From assembly GCA_023270155.1 (NCBI GenBank), contig JAGLTB010000003.1, positions 1-61,500 on the forward strand: 61,500 nt of DNA. The letters are read 5' to 3'. Both the position numbers and the translations under genes were made by a program. Positions 1-9,444 of this stretch are shown piece after piece. This DNA comes from Candidatus Heimdallarchaeota archaeon (GTDB lineage: Archaea; Asgardarchaeota; Heimdallarchaeia; Heimdallarchaeales; Heimdallarchaeaceae). Position 1 is the stretch's first letter, and every line of letters starts with the position of its first letter. The notes beneath the pieces were generated by a model. It saw only the letters and a list, made by a program, of their open reading frames with translations, searched no databases and was not told the DNA's origin.

Positions 1-660
1 GAAAAACGATTAGTATCATCCAGGGGACTCTTCTCTTTTGGAAGCGAGTTACTGGATATTCTCTTTGGATTTGCTCTGATTGTTCTAGTTTTTGGTCTCT
101 TTCAATACTTCTATAGAGATGATAATAAATGGTGGGGTTTCCTACTCTCCGCTGTTCTCGTAGGCACAGCATTTCTTCCACATGAACTAGCACATAAAAT
201 TGTAGCAATGATGAGAGGACAGTTTGCTCGATATATCCTCTGGGTAAGAGGGATGATGTTTACGTTATTTACATTGATAATAGGAATAGGGTTGATAGTA
301 CCAGGTTTTGTTGCAATAGTACCAATGCGTAAACAAATGGATAAGAAAGATATAGGATTGGTTTCACTAGCTGGACCAGCTACGAATGCAGTGATTGGAT
401 CAATCAGCTTAATCTTTGGATTTCTAACATTTTATGGAGTGATTCCTTTAACCGGGCTAGCAGCATCTCCAAATATCTTTATTTTGATAGCTCAATTCAA
501 TGCTTTAATAGCCCTCTTTAATTGTATTCCAGTTTGGCAACTTGATGGAGCTAAAATTCTTAAATGGAACAAAATCATCTACTTCGTTCTCGTAGCAATA
601 AATATTGCTATTGCAATACCTACATTCATCCTTAATCCAGGATTTTTAACCGGTATTTAA
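1..660 (+). CDS. M50 family site-2 metalloprotease, 5'-partial (open from window start)
   Basis: Frame 1 has no stop codon from nt 1. HELAH (HExxH) is encoded at 181-195, upstream of the track ATG at 208. Second S2P motif NxxPxxxLDG is present as NCIPVWQLDG. Several hydrophobic helices. Confidence 0.8.
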   Translation, partial: EKRLVSSRGLFSFGSELLDILFGFALIVLVFGLFQYFYRDDNKWWGFLLSAVLVGTAFLPHELAHKIVAMMRGQFARYILWVRGMMFTLFTLIIGIGLIVPGFVAIVPMRKQMDKKDIGLVSLAGPATNAVIGSISLIFGFLTFYGVIPLTGLAASPNIFILIAQFNALIALFNCIPVWQLDGAKILKWNKIIYFVLVAINIAIAIPTFILNPGFLTGI

Positions 661-765
661 AATCCAATAAAGATTCAATCAAAAAAGATAATTACCTAAA
701 GAATATATATCTGCTGAGGATGAACAAGGCATTGCGGAGAGCTTATGCTCGATGAAGAATCATAG

Positions 766-1830
766 TTAGTCTGAAAACTTAAAGTATCTTCCTATGAGTA
801 AATGCCCTTTTTCCCTTAGATTTTTAAGATTTTTTCTTCCTATGAAAGCTAGAGTCGCTTTCATTTCGAAAATGTACGAAGAGAGGAATGATCTTAATTC
901 ATCTTTTCCACCTTTTGCTATTGCTTTTAACACAGGTAGAGCGAATGCTACGTAATCTGCACTTAAAATTAATGCTTTAACTGCATCTATTCCACTCCAC
1001 ATTCCTCCAGAGGCAATAATTTTAACATTTGTCTTTCTAGTATAGCTTCTTACATTGTTAACACTCCTAGCAGTGTTTATTCCCCAATTAAGAAATTCAG
1101 AAGAAAGATATTTTAATTCTGAATTACGATAACTTTCAATTTTAGCCCAATTTGTTCCTCCTGCTCCTGCTACATCAATAGCAAAAGGATTTAATTCAGT
1201 AAAGAAACTTGCATCATTTTTAGATATACCTCTTCCAACACCTTTGATAATCACAGGTTTATCAAAATCTTCTATTAGATTAAATAGTTGAACTTTGGAA
1301 CTTGTGAGTTTTTCATTCTCTTCCTTCTGTATTAGCTCTTGCATTGGATTAATATGAATTGCTAGAGCATCCCCTTCTATCATATCTATTGCTTGTTGGG
1401 CTTCTTTAACTCCATAACCTTCAATAAATTGAGCAATTCCGAGGTTTGCGAAGAGAGGAATAGTAGGTGCTAAAGATCGTACTCTATAAGTCTCAGATAG
1501 GGCAGGATTTTCTATAGCTGCTCGCTGAGACCCTACACCCATAGCTATATTAAACTCACTACAAACTTCCGCTATTATTTCATTGTATTTCTGTCCTTTT
1601 GTTGACCCCCCGGTCATTCCTGAGACTATTAAAGGGTAATCAATTTTCTTCCCAAGTAAAGAAGTAGAGAGATCTATATCGTCAATCGAAAGCTCAGATA
1701 ATAAAGTAGGTTCAAACCTTATCTTTTTGTAACCATTCGAGACATTCTCGTATACAACATCATTCTCTAGGCATATCTTAATTTGTTCATCTTTTCTTGA
1801 AGAAATGTCTTCTTCTTTCCGTGAACTCAT
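766..1830 (-). CDS. fni: Type-2 isopentenyl-diphosphate delta-isomerase (FMN-dependent IDI-2)
   Basis: Typical IDI-2 blocks: SGMTGGS, GVGSQRAA, IASGG, AGGTNW. I place the start at Met32 of the track ORF (nt 1830). This removes the hydrophobic extension that overlaps the divergent gene. Confidence 0.85.
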   Translation of the reverse strand: MSSRKEEDISSRKDEQIKICLENDVVYENVSNGYKKIRFEPTLLSELSIDDIDLSTSLLGKKIDYPLIVSGMTGGSTKGQKYNEIIAEVCSEFNIAMGVGSQRAAIENPALSETYRVRSLAPTIPLFANLGIAQFIEGYGVKEAQQAIDMIEGDALAIHINPMQELIQKEENEKLTSSKVQLFNLIEDFDKPVIIKGVGRGISKNDASFFTELNPFAIDVAGAGGTNWAKIESYRNSELKYLSSEFLNWGINTARSVNNVRSYTRKTNVKIIASGGMWSGIDAVKALILSADYVAFALPVLKAIAKGGKDELRSFLSSYIFEMKATLAFIGRKNLKNLREKGHLLIGRYFKFSD

Positions 1831-1972
1831 AGAAGATTGTAAACTTGTAGAAATAAAAAGTTTGCAGATAGGAGATAGAGATATAAATATTTGAGCAATT
1901 TTGTATCCAACAGAAAAGTTCAATAGAAAGAAACATCATAAAGGAAAAAAATTACAGATTAGAGTGAGGAAA

Positions 1973-2233
1973 ATGGAATTCTGCCCAGAATGTGGAAAAC
2001 TGCTTATTCCTAAGAAAAAAGGAAAATCTAAATTGTTGGTTTGTGCTAAATGTGGGTACGAAAGCAAATTGTCTGGAAAAGACGCATATGAGGTTTCAGA
2101 CGAAGTTGAACACGCACCTAGTGAAATGACAGAAGTGGTTGTAGTTGAAGGAGAAGAGGGATTGACAGAAGCCGAAATTGAAGAAAGACGCGAGAGATTT
2201 ATCGAAGGTATAGATTTCTTTGAAACTGAATGA
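1973..2233 (+). CDS. RPOL9/TFS-N-type C4 zinc-ribbon protein with acidic tail (no C-terminal TFIIS ribbon)
   Basis: MEFCPECGKLLIPKK...LVCAKCGY is the N-terminal ribbon signature of TFS/RpoM. The C-terminal half is Glu-rich and has no Cys. A GTGAGG SD-like box lies just upstream of the ATG at 1973. Confidence 0.6.
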   Translation: MEFCPECGKLLIPKKKGKSKLLVCAKCGYESKLSGKDAYEVSDEVEHAPSEMTEVVVVEGEEGLTEAEIEERRERFIEGIDFFETE

Positions 2234-2245
2234 TCTGAGCCTAAA

Positions 2246-3178
2246 ATGAAAGAAGCTATCCAACAAAAACCAACTGTAATGATTCGATTGTCAGAGATAG
2301 CTATCAAAAGTTCAAAGACACGAAGGTGGTTAACTCAAAGGTTAGTTAACCATATCAAATATATTCTGAATTTAAAGAACATTAAGAATTTTAATGTCAT
2401 AAATGATTACAGCAGATTGTTTGTTGAAACCGATGAAGCTGAACTGGTAAGTGAGTACGTATCAACTTTAATCCCTGGAACAGCTAGTCTAAGTATTGTC
2501 CATAGATGCAACACCGATACTAAAGAAATGGAGAAAATTATTGACAAGTCTTATAAAGACAATATTAGGAAAAGTGCGTCTTTTTCAGTCAGAGTGAGAA
2601 GAACAGGAAACCATCCTTTTACAAGTGTTGAATTAGCAGCTAAACTCGGAGAGTATATTATTAACAGCAATTCAGATATTCAGCTGAAAGTTAATCTTAC
2701 AAATCCTGATTATTCGATACACTTTGACGTTAGGGGAGAAACAACATATATTTTTGATGAGATTAAATCAGGATTAGGCGGTTTACCTGTTGGATGTCAA
2801 GGAAACGTTCTAGTGCTTATCAGTGGAGAAGAGGAGGATATCGCAAATATTATTCAGTTATATAAAAGAGGAGCAAATACGATAATTTTTTCGATTAACA
2901 AGAGAGAAGATCTATCACAGAAATTTATTGATCAGATCAAAGAGATTTTAATTTTACAACCAAAAATAAAGAAATTACGGGACAATATATTCTATGTTGA
3001 AAATGAGCTCGATATTCAAGAGATTCTTGTGTATTATAACAAATATGAGTGCAAAGGGATCTCAGTTTCAAAGACATTATTCAATGAAATTTCGTCTATA
3101 TTTCCTGTAACTACACCTTTGTTTGTTCCTCACTTAGTTACAACAATAGATAGAAAGGATCTAGAAAATTTTATCTAA
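2246..3178 (+). CDS. THUMP-domain, ThiI-like protein with degenerate PP-loop
   Basis: N-terminus IRLSEIAIKSSKTRRWLTQRLVNHI resembles the ThiI start. It is followed by a THUMP-like region and a Rossmann-like VLVLISGEEED, where ThiI has SGGxDS. Confidence 0.55.
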   Translation: MKEAIQQKPTVMIRLSEIAIKSSKTRRWLTQRLVNHIKYILNLKNIKNFNVINDYSRLFVETDEAELVSEYVSTLIPGTASLSIVHRCNTDTKEMEKIIDKSYKDNIRKSASFSVRVRRTGNHPFTSVELAAKLGEYIINSNSDIQLKVNLTNPDYSIHFDVRGETTYIFDEIKSGLGGLPVGCQGNVLVLISGEEEDIANIIQLYKRGANTIIFSINKREDLSQKFIDQIKEILILQPKIKKLRDNIFYVENELDIQEILVYYNKYECKGISVSKTLFNEISSIFPVTTPLFVPHLVTTIDRKDLENFI

Positions 3179-3180
3179 TA

Positions 3181-3795
3181 TTAATTTAGTGAAACTCTTT
3201 TAATTTCACCTTCAGGATCTGTTTCTGTAAAGACAACTCCTTGGAATTTTTCAACAGTTATTTTCTCTTTTTTCCAGATATCTGTCGGTAGAGAGGCTTT
3301 TCTACAAGTGTATGATATATATTCTTCGACATCCCAATCTTGTTCTACTGGAACCTGAGGTAATAGAAGTCCTGAAGTTCTTCCATACTTTACAATGAGA
3401 CCATCACCTGGAATTGTAATGTTGTTTAACAATTCTTCAGGACTATTATAGACAATCTCTTCAGGAGGAGTAAGAACAGTTACTTCGAAGATTAATGAAG
3501 ACAATTCTTTTTCCTTAACTGGGTCAAATCTTGGATCATTAAGAGTTGATTCTCTTGCTAAATCAATAACTTCCTCGAACAGAGGTTTAATTCCTATAAG
3601 GTATCCTATACAACCTCTTAGATGAGCTTCATCACCTATTCTTGTTTTTACTGTAACAAAAGCTCCAGTTGAAAATTTAGCTTGTTCGGGCATAGGGAGT
3701 AATGGACTAGGTTCTTTTCCTTCACATATCCAGATTTTAGCAGCAAATCGGGCTAATTTCACTAAATAAATTCCAGTTTCATCTTTTACTTCCAT
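3181..3795 (-). CDS. AMMECR1 domain protein
   Basis: LRGCIGY motif and overall AMMECR1 length. The start overlaps the stop of the upstream gene (TAATG). Confidence 0.85.
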   Translation of the reverse strand: MEVKDETGIYLVKLARFAAKIWICEGKEPSPLLPMPEQAKFSTGAFVTVKTRIGDEAHLRGCIGYLIGIKPLFEEVIDLARESTLNDPRFDPVKEKELSSLIFEVTVLTPPEEIVYNSPEELLNNITIPGDGLIVKYGRTSGLLLPQVPVEQDWDVEEYISYTCRKASLPTDIWKKEKITVEKFQGVVFTETDPEGEIKRVSLN

Positions 3796-4268
3796 TATAC
3801 TTTCCCCTTTTCTACTCTTTCAATGATTCTTTTAATATTTTCCCAATGACTACCTAACCAATAAATCTTATCACACTCATTACATTGCCAGAAATCATCA
3901 TAGTTTTGTGCAGTTCCTTTAGGAATTTTATCTATGATTTCATCTTTTTCCTTTTTACTGATATTGCTATTACATAAACTACATAACATTTCTTTAGGAG
4001 GTACCACAAATTCGATTTCAAGTTCACTTTTCAGTATTTTCAGTTGCTCATCTATGCTTGAAGTAGGTAGTGAAAATGCTTTTACATTCTGCTTTTGACA
4101 AGTATTTACTACTAGTTTGGACTGAGAAAGAATAATTAAATCATTTATCTGAGCTGTTTCTATCATCGCTTCAACAGTTTCTTCTGAACGATAAAGTGTG
4201 CTATAGCCAAAAAAGCGAAGAAACCTAGAAAGTTTTCCAAGCATAGAGTCAGCGTAGAACCTTAACAT
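3795..4268 (-). CDS. Mut7-C (DUF82) PIN-like RNase domain protein with C-terminal Zn ribbon
   Basis: N-terminus FYADSMLGKLSRFLRFFGY is typical of Mut7-C. C-terminal CSLC...CNEC forms a Zn ribbon. Confidence 0.7.
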   Translation of the reverse strand: MLRFYADSMLGKLSRFLRFFGYSTLYRSEETVEAMIETAQINDLIILSQSKLVVNTCQKQNVKAFSLPTSSIDEQLKILKSELEIEFVVPPKEMLCSLCNSNISKKEKDEIIDKIPKGTAQNYDDFWQCNECDKIYWLGSHWENIKRIIERVEKGKV

Positions 4269-4365
4269 CGTTTCACTAAATATCTATTAGTTTAACGAGA
4301 TAAAAATCTTCTTCAGATTCACCTTTCCAAAGTAAAAGATGAAGGCTGAATGGAAATCTTGTAAG

Positions 4366-4962
4366 TTAACCTTCAGCACTGCTTTCCTGAATTTCTTCGG
4401 GAGAACAACGGGGGCACATATAAAGCCCTTTAGCAAAAATCAATTTGTCAGAATACTCTCTACAATCATCACAATATCCAGCAAAATCTTCTTTTAGCTC
4501 AGATTCTTGATCCTCACTCATAAATCTGAGATATTCCTGTTCTAGAAGAATCAGCTGTGGAACAACCTTGAAGATGTCAGTATCAGTACAAATGCCTTGG
4601 ACTTTTCCATCAGAACCAGTGACCACAAGATGTCGGATACCATCTTTAAACATAGATTGCATTGCTTGAATAATAGAGAGAGTTGGGGATGCAGTAATTA
4701 GAGGTGATGACATAATCTTGCCAGCTGTGACAGCTTTGGGATCTGCGTCTTTTGCCAGTACGTGCTTAATTAGATTTTCCTTTGTAATTATACCAGCTGT
4801 TTTTCCTTTTTCGTCTAGCACAACTACTGAACCTATTTTATTCTCTATCATTAACTTTGCACAGACATCAGCAGAAGTAGTTTTTTTCACTGTTATTACA
4901 TTTTTTGTCATTATTTCTTTAACAGCCATCTCGAATTTTCTTTCATCAAAGATAGATTTCAA
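4366..4962 (-). CDS. CBS-domain pair protein with C-terminal zinc ribbon
   Basis: Two CBS repeats (IMTKNVITV...GIITKENL and IMSSPLITA...GICTDTDI). C-terminal CDDC...CPRC. Confidence 0.8.
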   Translation of the reverse strand: MKSIFDERKFEMAVKEIMTKNVITVKKTTSADVCAKLMIENKIGSVVVLDEKGKTAGIITKENLIKHVLAKDADPKAVTAGKIMSSPLITASPTLSIIQAMQSMFKDGIRHLVVTGSDGKVQGICTDTDIFKVVPQLILLEQEYLRFMSEDQESELKEDFAGYCDDCREYSDKLIFAKGLYMCPRCSPEEIQESSAEG

Positions 4963-5045
4963 ATCTTACACCTCTTGTTGCTTATATGACAATAATTTTA
5001 CACACATTTAAAGGTTTTACATTGGTTTTTAAACGTCTTTCTAAT

Positions 5046-7061
5046 CTACTGTATGATTTCAGAATCCCCAGGAATAAAAGGTAGAATATCATTTACGGTT
5101 AGATTCTCAATTTTATACTTCTGCTCATCTGAGCTTCTTTTAAGGAAAATATTCAGAAGTTCTTTCGCTATTTTTCCTTTAGGTGTTTCTCCAGGTTTGA
5201 TTTCTATGAAAATATCTGTTTTGCTCTCAACGCTAGCAACTGGACCTCCAATTACTTGAGCGTTTTTTTCGAGAAGTAAAATACCAACTGTATGATTAAT
5301 TTCTATGCTTTTTAAGTAATTTTTTTCACCATAAATCATCACAGAACCTTTTGGTAGGTATTGCCCTGACGGAGGAGTTAAACTAACTTGATCAGGTAGA
5401 ACATAGTAAACATCAGCAACTAGTTTCTTATCCTTCCATAAACTGGAGTAATTTAGAGCAAAAGCTGCTACTTCTCCAAGACATTCTTCTGATAGATTAC
5501 TCTGACCACCTTTGACTACAACATATGGTGCCCCATGAACATCTGCATGGAAAAAAAGATCATCATCTTCAAGATAGGTTTTCAATATCTTTTCATTGGT
5601 TTTTAAATCAGTTCCACCTATGATTGTGTGATTCTCACAAATAAACCAGTGGAATTTTTCGTACCACTTCTTACTTCTTTTGATTGCTAAAGGTTTAGTT
5701 TCGACTTCTTTAACAATTACATCTTTCTTATCTTCGATATCTTTTATTTGCTTCTTACTTCTTTCAATTGCAGCTTCAGCTCCAGGTATTTTTCTTCTTG
5801 CTTTCTTGGATTTTCCATAGAAACTATTTGCACTATCAGCTACTGAAAGAGTAAAGTCAAGTTCAATCACTTCTTCAATGTTTTTTGTTTCATCTCTTAG
5901 TTTTATCCAAATCTGTTTGCTTTTTGCTTCTAGTTTTTCTAATATTCCAGCTGAAGGGATACCTTTCTTCTTACCTTCTGCTAGTTTCTCTTCAATTTCA
6001 CTCCAAGGTATATCAGTCTGTCTAGCATTTACAATTGTAGTTAAAAGCTCATCAACTAAAGCAAAATTCGCATATAGAAGATCTCCCTTTCTCTTCTCGT
6101 CTTCTTCTTGTTTTATCAGGTTAACTAAATGTGATTCTTGGCTATGTAAGATTTTTTGAGATTTGGTTATTTTTCCAGTCACTTCACTTTTATCTTCAGT
6201 GTATTCAGGTTCCTCTTCTTGAGAAGAAAAGAAATCATCTAACGCCTCGTTAAAAGACTCAACTTCTTTTATCTCCAAATCATCGTATTTAGCAACAGGA
6301 ACTGGAGTTATATCCACAATTTCATCTTCATCTAAATATTGAACAAATTCAAACTCTTGATTCTTTATGACCTGCTGCAGTTCTTGGGTTTTTTCAAATA
6401 GATGCTTTATTTCTTCTTGACTCAAATCTTCAATTTTCGTTGTAGAAATATTTGCTTTTGAGACGATATCTTTTGAATATAAAGGACCAAGTCCTAATAA
6501 ATTATTAAAAACTGGAGTGATTTTCCCTTTAGAAGTTGCAAGTGTTTTGAAGAAAGTTTCTTCATCTAGAGTCAATATATTGTCTTCTGAGGAGGGGGGA
6601 TATTTAAAAAGACGACCAGGATGAACATCTCTATCTCTCATCCTCCTATATCTGTAAGCTAGAATTATCTTATTATTAGGTCCAACAAGTATAATGTTTC
6701 CTTCTCCAAACAACTCAAACACAAGCTTATAGAATCCATCTTTGTATGCTATTTCGAAAACAATCACTCTATCCATTTTTCGTTGATAGAATTTATTGAC
6801 AGGCAGGTCTCGAATATGCTTACGTAGAGATAGAATCTTATTATTGGGTGTAGCTGGTTTCTTACGTAAGAATTTTGTAATGTGAAATCTCTTCCCTAGA
6901 TCAAAAATGATTTCGAAAGGAGCTTCTGCTGACTTACGGAATCGTAATATTACTAGATTATCACCAATTGAATAAATATTATTAACCCAACTATTGACAG
7001 TCTTTGGTCGAATCTCAGCGACCAACGCAGCAATATCAAGACTGGATAATGACGTTTTCAT
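5046..7061 (-). CDS. NFACT family protein (archaeal Rqc2/RqcH/FbpA homologue, ribosome quality control)
   Basis: N-terminal NFACT-N pattern (SLDIAALVAEI...), a central Glu/Lys coiled coil, and an NFACT-R block (FHADVHGAPYVVVK). Start placed at MKTSLSS (nt 7061). Confidence 0.8.
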   Translation of the reverse strand: MKTSLSSLDIAALVAEIRPKTVNSWVNNIYSIGDNLVILRFRKSAEAPFEIIFDLGKRFHITKFLRKKPATPNNKILSLRKHIRDLPVNKFYQRKMDRVIVFEIAYKDGFYKLVFELFGEGNIILVGPNNKIILAYRYRRMRDRDVHPGRLFKYPPSSEDNILTLDEETFFKTLATSKGKITPVFNNLLGLGPLYSKDIVSKANISTTKIEDLSQEEIKHLFEKTQELQQVIKNQEFEFVQYLDEDEIVDITPVPVAKYDDLEIKEVESFNEALDDFFSSQEEEPEYTEDKSEVTGKITKSQKILHSQESHLVNLIKQEEDEKRKGDLLYANFALVDELLTTIVNARQTDIPWSEIEEKLAEGKKKGIPSAGILEKLEAKSKQIWIKLRDETKNIEEVIELDFTLSVADSANSFYGKSKKARRKIPGAEAAIERSKKQIKDIEDKKDVIVKEVETKPLAIKRSKKWYEKFHWFICENHTIIGGTDLKTNEKILKTYLEDDDLFFHADVHGAPYVVVKGGQSNLSEECLGEVAAFALNYSSLWKDKKLVADVYYVLPDQVSLTPPSGQYLPKGSVMIYGEKNYLKSIEINHTVGILLLEKNAQVIGGPVASVESKTDIFIEIKPGETPKGKIAKELLNIFLKRSSDEQKYKIENLTVNDILPFIPGDSEIIQ

Positions 7062-7275
7062 TGAAATCCCACATGCAATGAAGTGTAAATACACTTAAGG
7101 ATTACTAATACTGTCCATGCTATTGGTGAGAGTTATGTGAAATGGATTTTACTTTATTTCGCAAAATTATTTAAAAACTTGAAAAAACTATAAACATAAA
7201 ACTATTAAAAGGGTAAAATTGCTTTAGGAACACTGACTAATAACAGAAGCTTGCTTATTCAAAATACAACGGTGA

Positions 7276-7644
7276 GTGAATTTGAACATAGATATGAATA
7301 AAATATTCAACAGAATTAAAGAGGCTTTTAAACCAAAGAATATTGCGGAAAGAATCAAAAACATGCCAAGGATAGATCAAATTTACTGGTCCAAAGTTGC
7401 AGCAGCAATTCTATTAGGTATAATTTTTGGAGTAAGCAATTTTTCAAACTGGCCAGCAGTACTTGTAATGTTTGCGATATATGTATTGATATCCGGTGGT
7501 TGGTGGCTAGCTGTAAGGAAAACTGAACCAGGAATTAAGATTCGTTCATATTTCTTGAAAGGATTAATGCAATATATGATTACAGCAATTGCTCTGTGGA
7601 CATTAATACTGAACATGATGTATATTCCACCTGCAGACTTCTGA
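7276..7644 (+). CDS. Small polytopic membrane protein (weak EMC6/Rab5ip-like pattern)
   Basis: Amphipathic N-terminus followed by 2-3 hydrophobic helices. The start is uncertain (GTG 7276, TTG 7282 or ATG 7294), and GGTGA lies at 7271-7275. Confidence 0.5.
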   Translation: MNLNIDMNKIFNRIKEAFKPKNIAERIKNMPRIDQIYWSKVAAAILLGIIFGVSNFSNWPAVLVMFAIYVLISGGWWLAVRKTEPGIKIRSYFLKGLMQYMITAIALWTLILNMMYIPPADF

Positions 7645-7681
7645 AAAATCAATCATGGTTCTTCTTTAATAAAATAGAAAA

Positions 7682-8005
7682 TTGCAGAGGATGTTTATGA
7701 GTTCCAAAAACCAAAACAAGCCAAAAAAGGAAGAGGAATTAAAAACCAAACTTCCAATAGCTCAACGAAAATATTTCAATCTTATCTATAGCATTGTAGT
7801 GTATGTTTTATTTGGAGTTGGTGTAATTCTAATAATCCTATCTTACAGTATTTTTGAAGAGGGATATACTATTTTCATTGCATTTGGAGTTCTAGGTCTA
7901 GCAATCATACTTTTTACTATGCGATCCTCTTTCCGACATTCTGCACCACAACCTTCAGAGGATAAAGAAGAAAAGGACGAAGGTCTTAAGATGAGAGATA
8001 GATAA
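7682..8005 (+). CDS. Small membrane protein, two TM helices with charged termini
   Basis: Lys-rich N-terminus, two hydrophobic helices, acidic/Lys-rich tail. No family recognised. Confidence 0.45.
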   Translation: MQRMFMSSKNQNKPKKEEELKTKLPIAQRKYFNLIYSIVVYVLFGVGVILIILSYSIFEEGYTIFIAFGVLGLAIILFTMRSSFRHSAPQPSEDKEEKDEGLKMRDR

Positions 8006-8097
8006 ACAAGGTTTTATTTATCAAATTTTACGCAAAGTTTATCTTTTGTAATACTTTAGGGATACTAACAATAAAATATACCGACACAAATCCTAAA

Positions 8098-8469
8098 GTG
8101 AAGAAAATGGAAAATTTCACCTTTCAAGAAAAAGTTGGAAAGTTTTTAGAGCGATATGGAAATGTGAAAAGGCTAAACATGGGTAATTTTGAGGAGCAGA
8201 ATAGAATATTACCATTCATTGTGGAAAATGAAGATCAAAAATTCGCTGTATTTGCGTTTCACTGGAAGAAAAGTATAGGAACTAATACAATCATTAGAAC
8301 CGAACATAGAATCAGTGACATGAGCTGTGATGGTGCTATTATCATAGGCAACAGATTTTCTCAAAATTCTTATGATATGGTAAGTACTGCAAACAAAAAA
8401 GGTCGCAAAAATATAATTCTCATTAAAACAACGGAATTGGATGAAATTCTAGGTATTAACAGCGCATAA
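8098..8469 (+). CDS. Hypothetical protein, possible Mrr-like PD-(D/E)xK nuclease core
   Basis: The pattern FAFHWKK...GAIIIGNRFSQNSYDMV...NIILIKTTELDEIL resembles the C-terminal half of Mrr_cat restriction endonuclease domains. Confidence 0.35.
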   Translation: MKKMENFTFQEKVGKFLERYGNVKRLNMGNFEEQNRILPFIVENEDQKFAVFAFHWKKSIGTNTIIRTEHRISDMSCDGAIIIGNRFSQNSYDMVSTANKKGRKNIILIKTTELDEILGINSA

Positions 8470-8657
8470 TTTCAACCATATGTTAATTGAATAAATAGAT
8501 TAATGGTATAATGAATCATATTTATATTTAATTTTGCTTTTACTGCCCCCTATCTATAAAATATTTTGTCACATGAATGCTTAATTTATTCAGATAGTAT
8601 ATAGCTAAAGAGGACAGAAACTTTAAAATAGTTATCGAACTAAAATTATTAGACACA

Positions 8658-9326
8658 ATGATTTCTCTGATTCGCGAACCTCTTTCCAAAGTCGTTAGAC
8701 CAATTGTAATTTTCTTTGCAAAGCTTGGAATTCACCCAACAGCATTTACTGTAATGGGACTATTATTATCAATCTCAGCTGGTATCTTTTTAGGAATAGA
8801 TAATTTTCTTGCAGGATTTATTTTAATTTGGGTTGCAGGTGCAATGGATTTTCTTGATGGGGGTGTTGCTAGATATCGAGGATTAGATTCAGAAAAAGGT
8901 TCTTTCCTTGATAGCATTTTTGATCGTCTCAGTGATTTAGCAGTATTCGTTGGAATTATCTGGAGTGATCCTGTTGATGGAGTTACTGGAATGGTCATGG
9001 TAGGATCTGCTTTAATGATCAGTTACATTCGAGCTAAAGGCGAAAGTGTTGGAGTAAAAAAGATGGCCGTAGGATTAATGGAAAGAGCAGAAAGATGGTT
9101 AGGATTAATGGTTTTGCTCTTTGTTTCGCTTCTGGTTCCAAATCAGACATTCATCAACCCTATCTTTACTATTCAAGGAATTGAAGGGTTTGAAGGCATA
9201 TCATATTTCTCTATCGGATATATGATTTTAACTGGATTGTGTGTCATTACAGTTATTCAACGATTCATCTATGTCTCAATACAATTAACAAAAGCAGAGG
9301 CAGTTCAAGACAGTCAGAAAATATAG
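8658..9326 (+). CDS. CDP-alcohol phosphatidyltransferase (archaetidyl-inositol-phosphate/serine synthase class)
   Basis: Signature DG(x)2AR(x)8G(x)3D(x)3D is seen as DFLDGGVARYRGLDSEKGSFLDSIFDRLSD. Polytopic membrane protein. Confidence 0.85.
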   Translation: MISLIREPLSKVVRPIVIFFAKLGIHPTAFTVMGLLLSISAGIFLGIDNFLAGFILIWVAGAMDFLDGGVARYRGLDSEKGSFLDSIFDRLSDLAVFVGIIWSDPVDGVTGMVMVGSALMISYIRAKGESVGVKKMAVGLMERAERWLGLMVLLFVSLLVPNQTFINPIFTIQGIEGFEGISYFSIGYMILTGLCVITVIQRFIYVSIQLTKAEAVQDSQKI

Positions 9327-9444
9327 CTGAAAAAAACCAACTATTTTACATAAGAAATTCCACTGAAATGGCGAATTTTCAACCAAGAACCCTTTAGAAC
9401 ATAGAAGTAACCCAAAGGGTAAACGTTTTAAACTCACCTATCAT

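Noticed and set aside
1831-1923. N-terminal 31-aa extension of the IDI-2 ORF, overlapping the divergent Zn-ribbon ORF.
   Set aside because: The extension is hydrophobic and low-complexity and absent from IDI-2 proteins as I know them. Met32 gives a normal N-terminus and frees the shared promoter region.
1936-2307. Many antisense or shadow ORFs in the track, for example 1936-2307(-), 4718-5011(+), 17242-17547(-), 28538-28894(-), 32978-33406(-), 39142-39657(-), 53866-54286(-), 60223-60525(+) and 61224-61490(-).
   Set aside because: Each lies fully or largely opposite a gene with strong motif support. Their products are low-complexity (Ser/Phe/Ile/Leu-rich), which is typical of antisense Lys/Glu-rich or AT-rich coding sequence.
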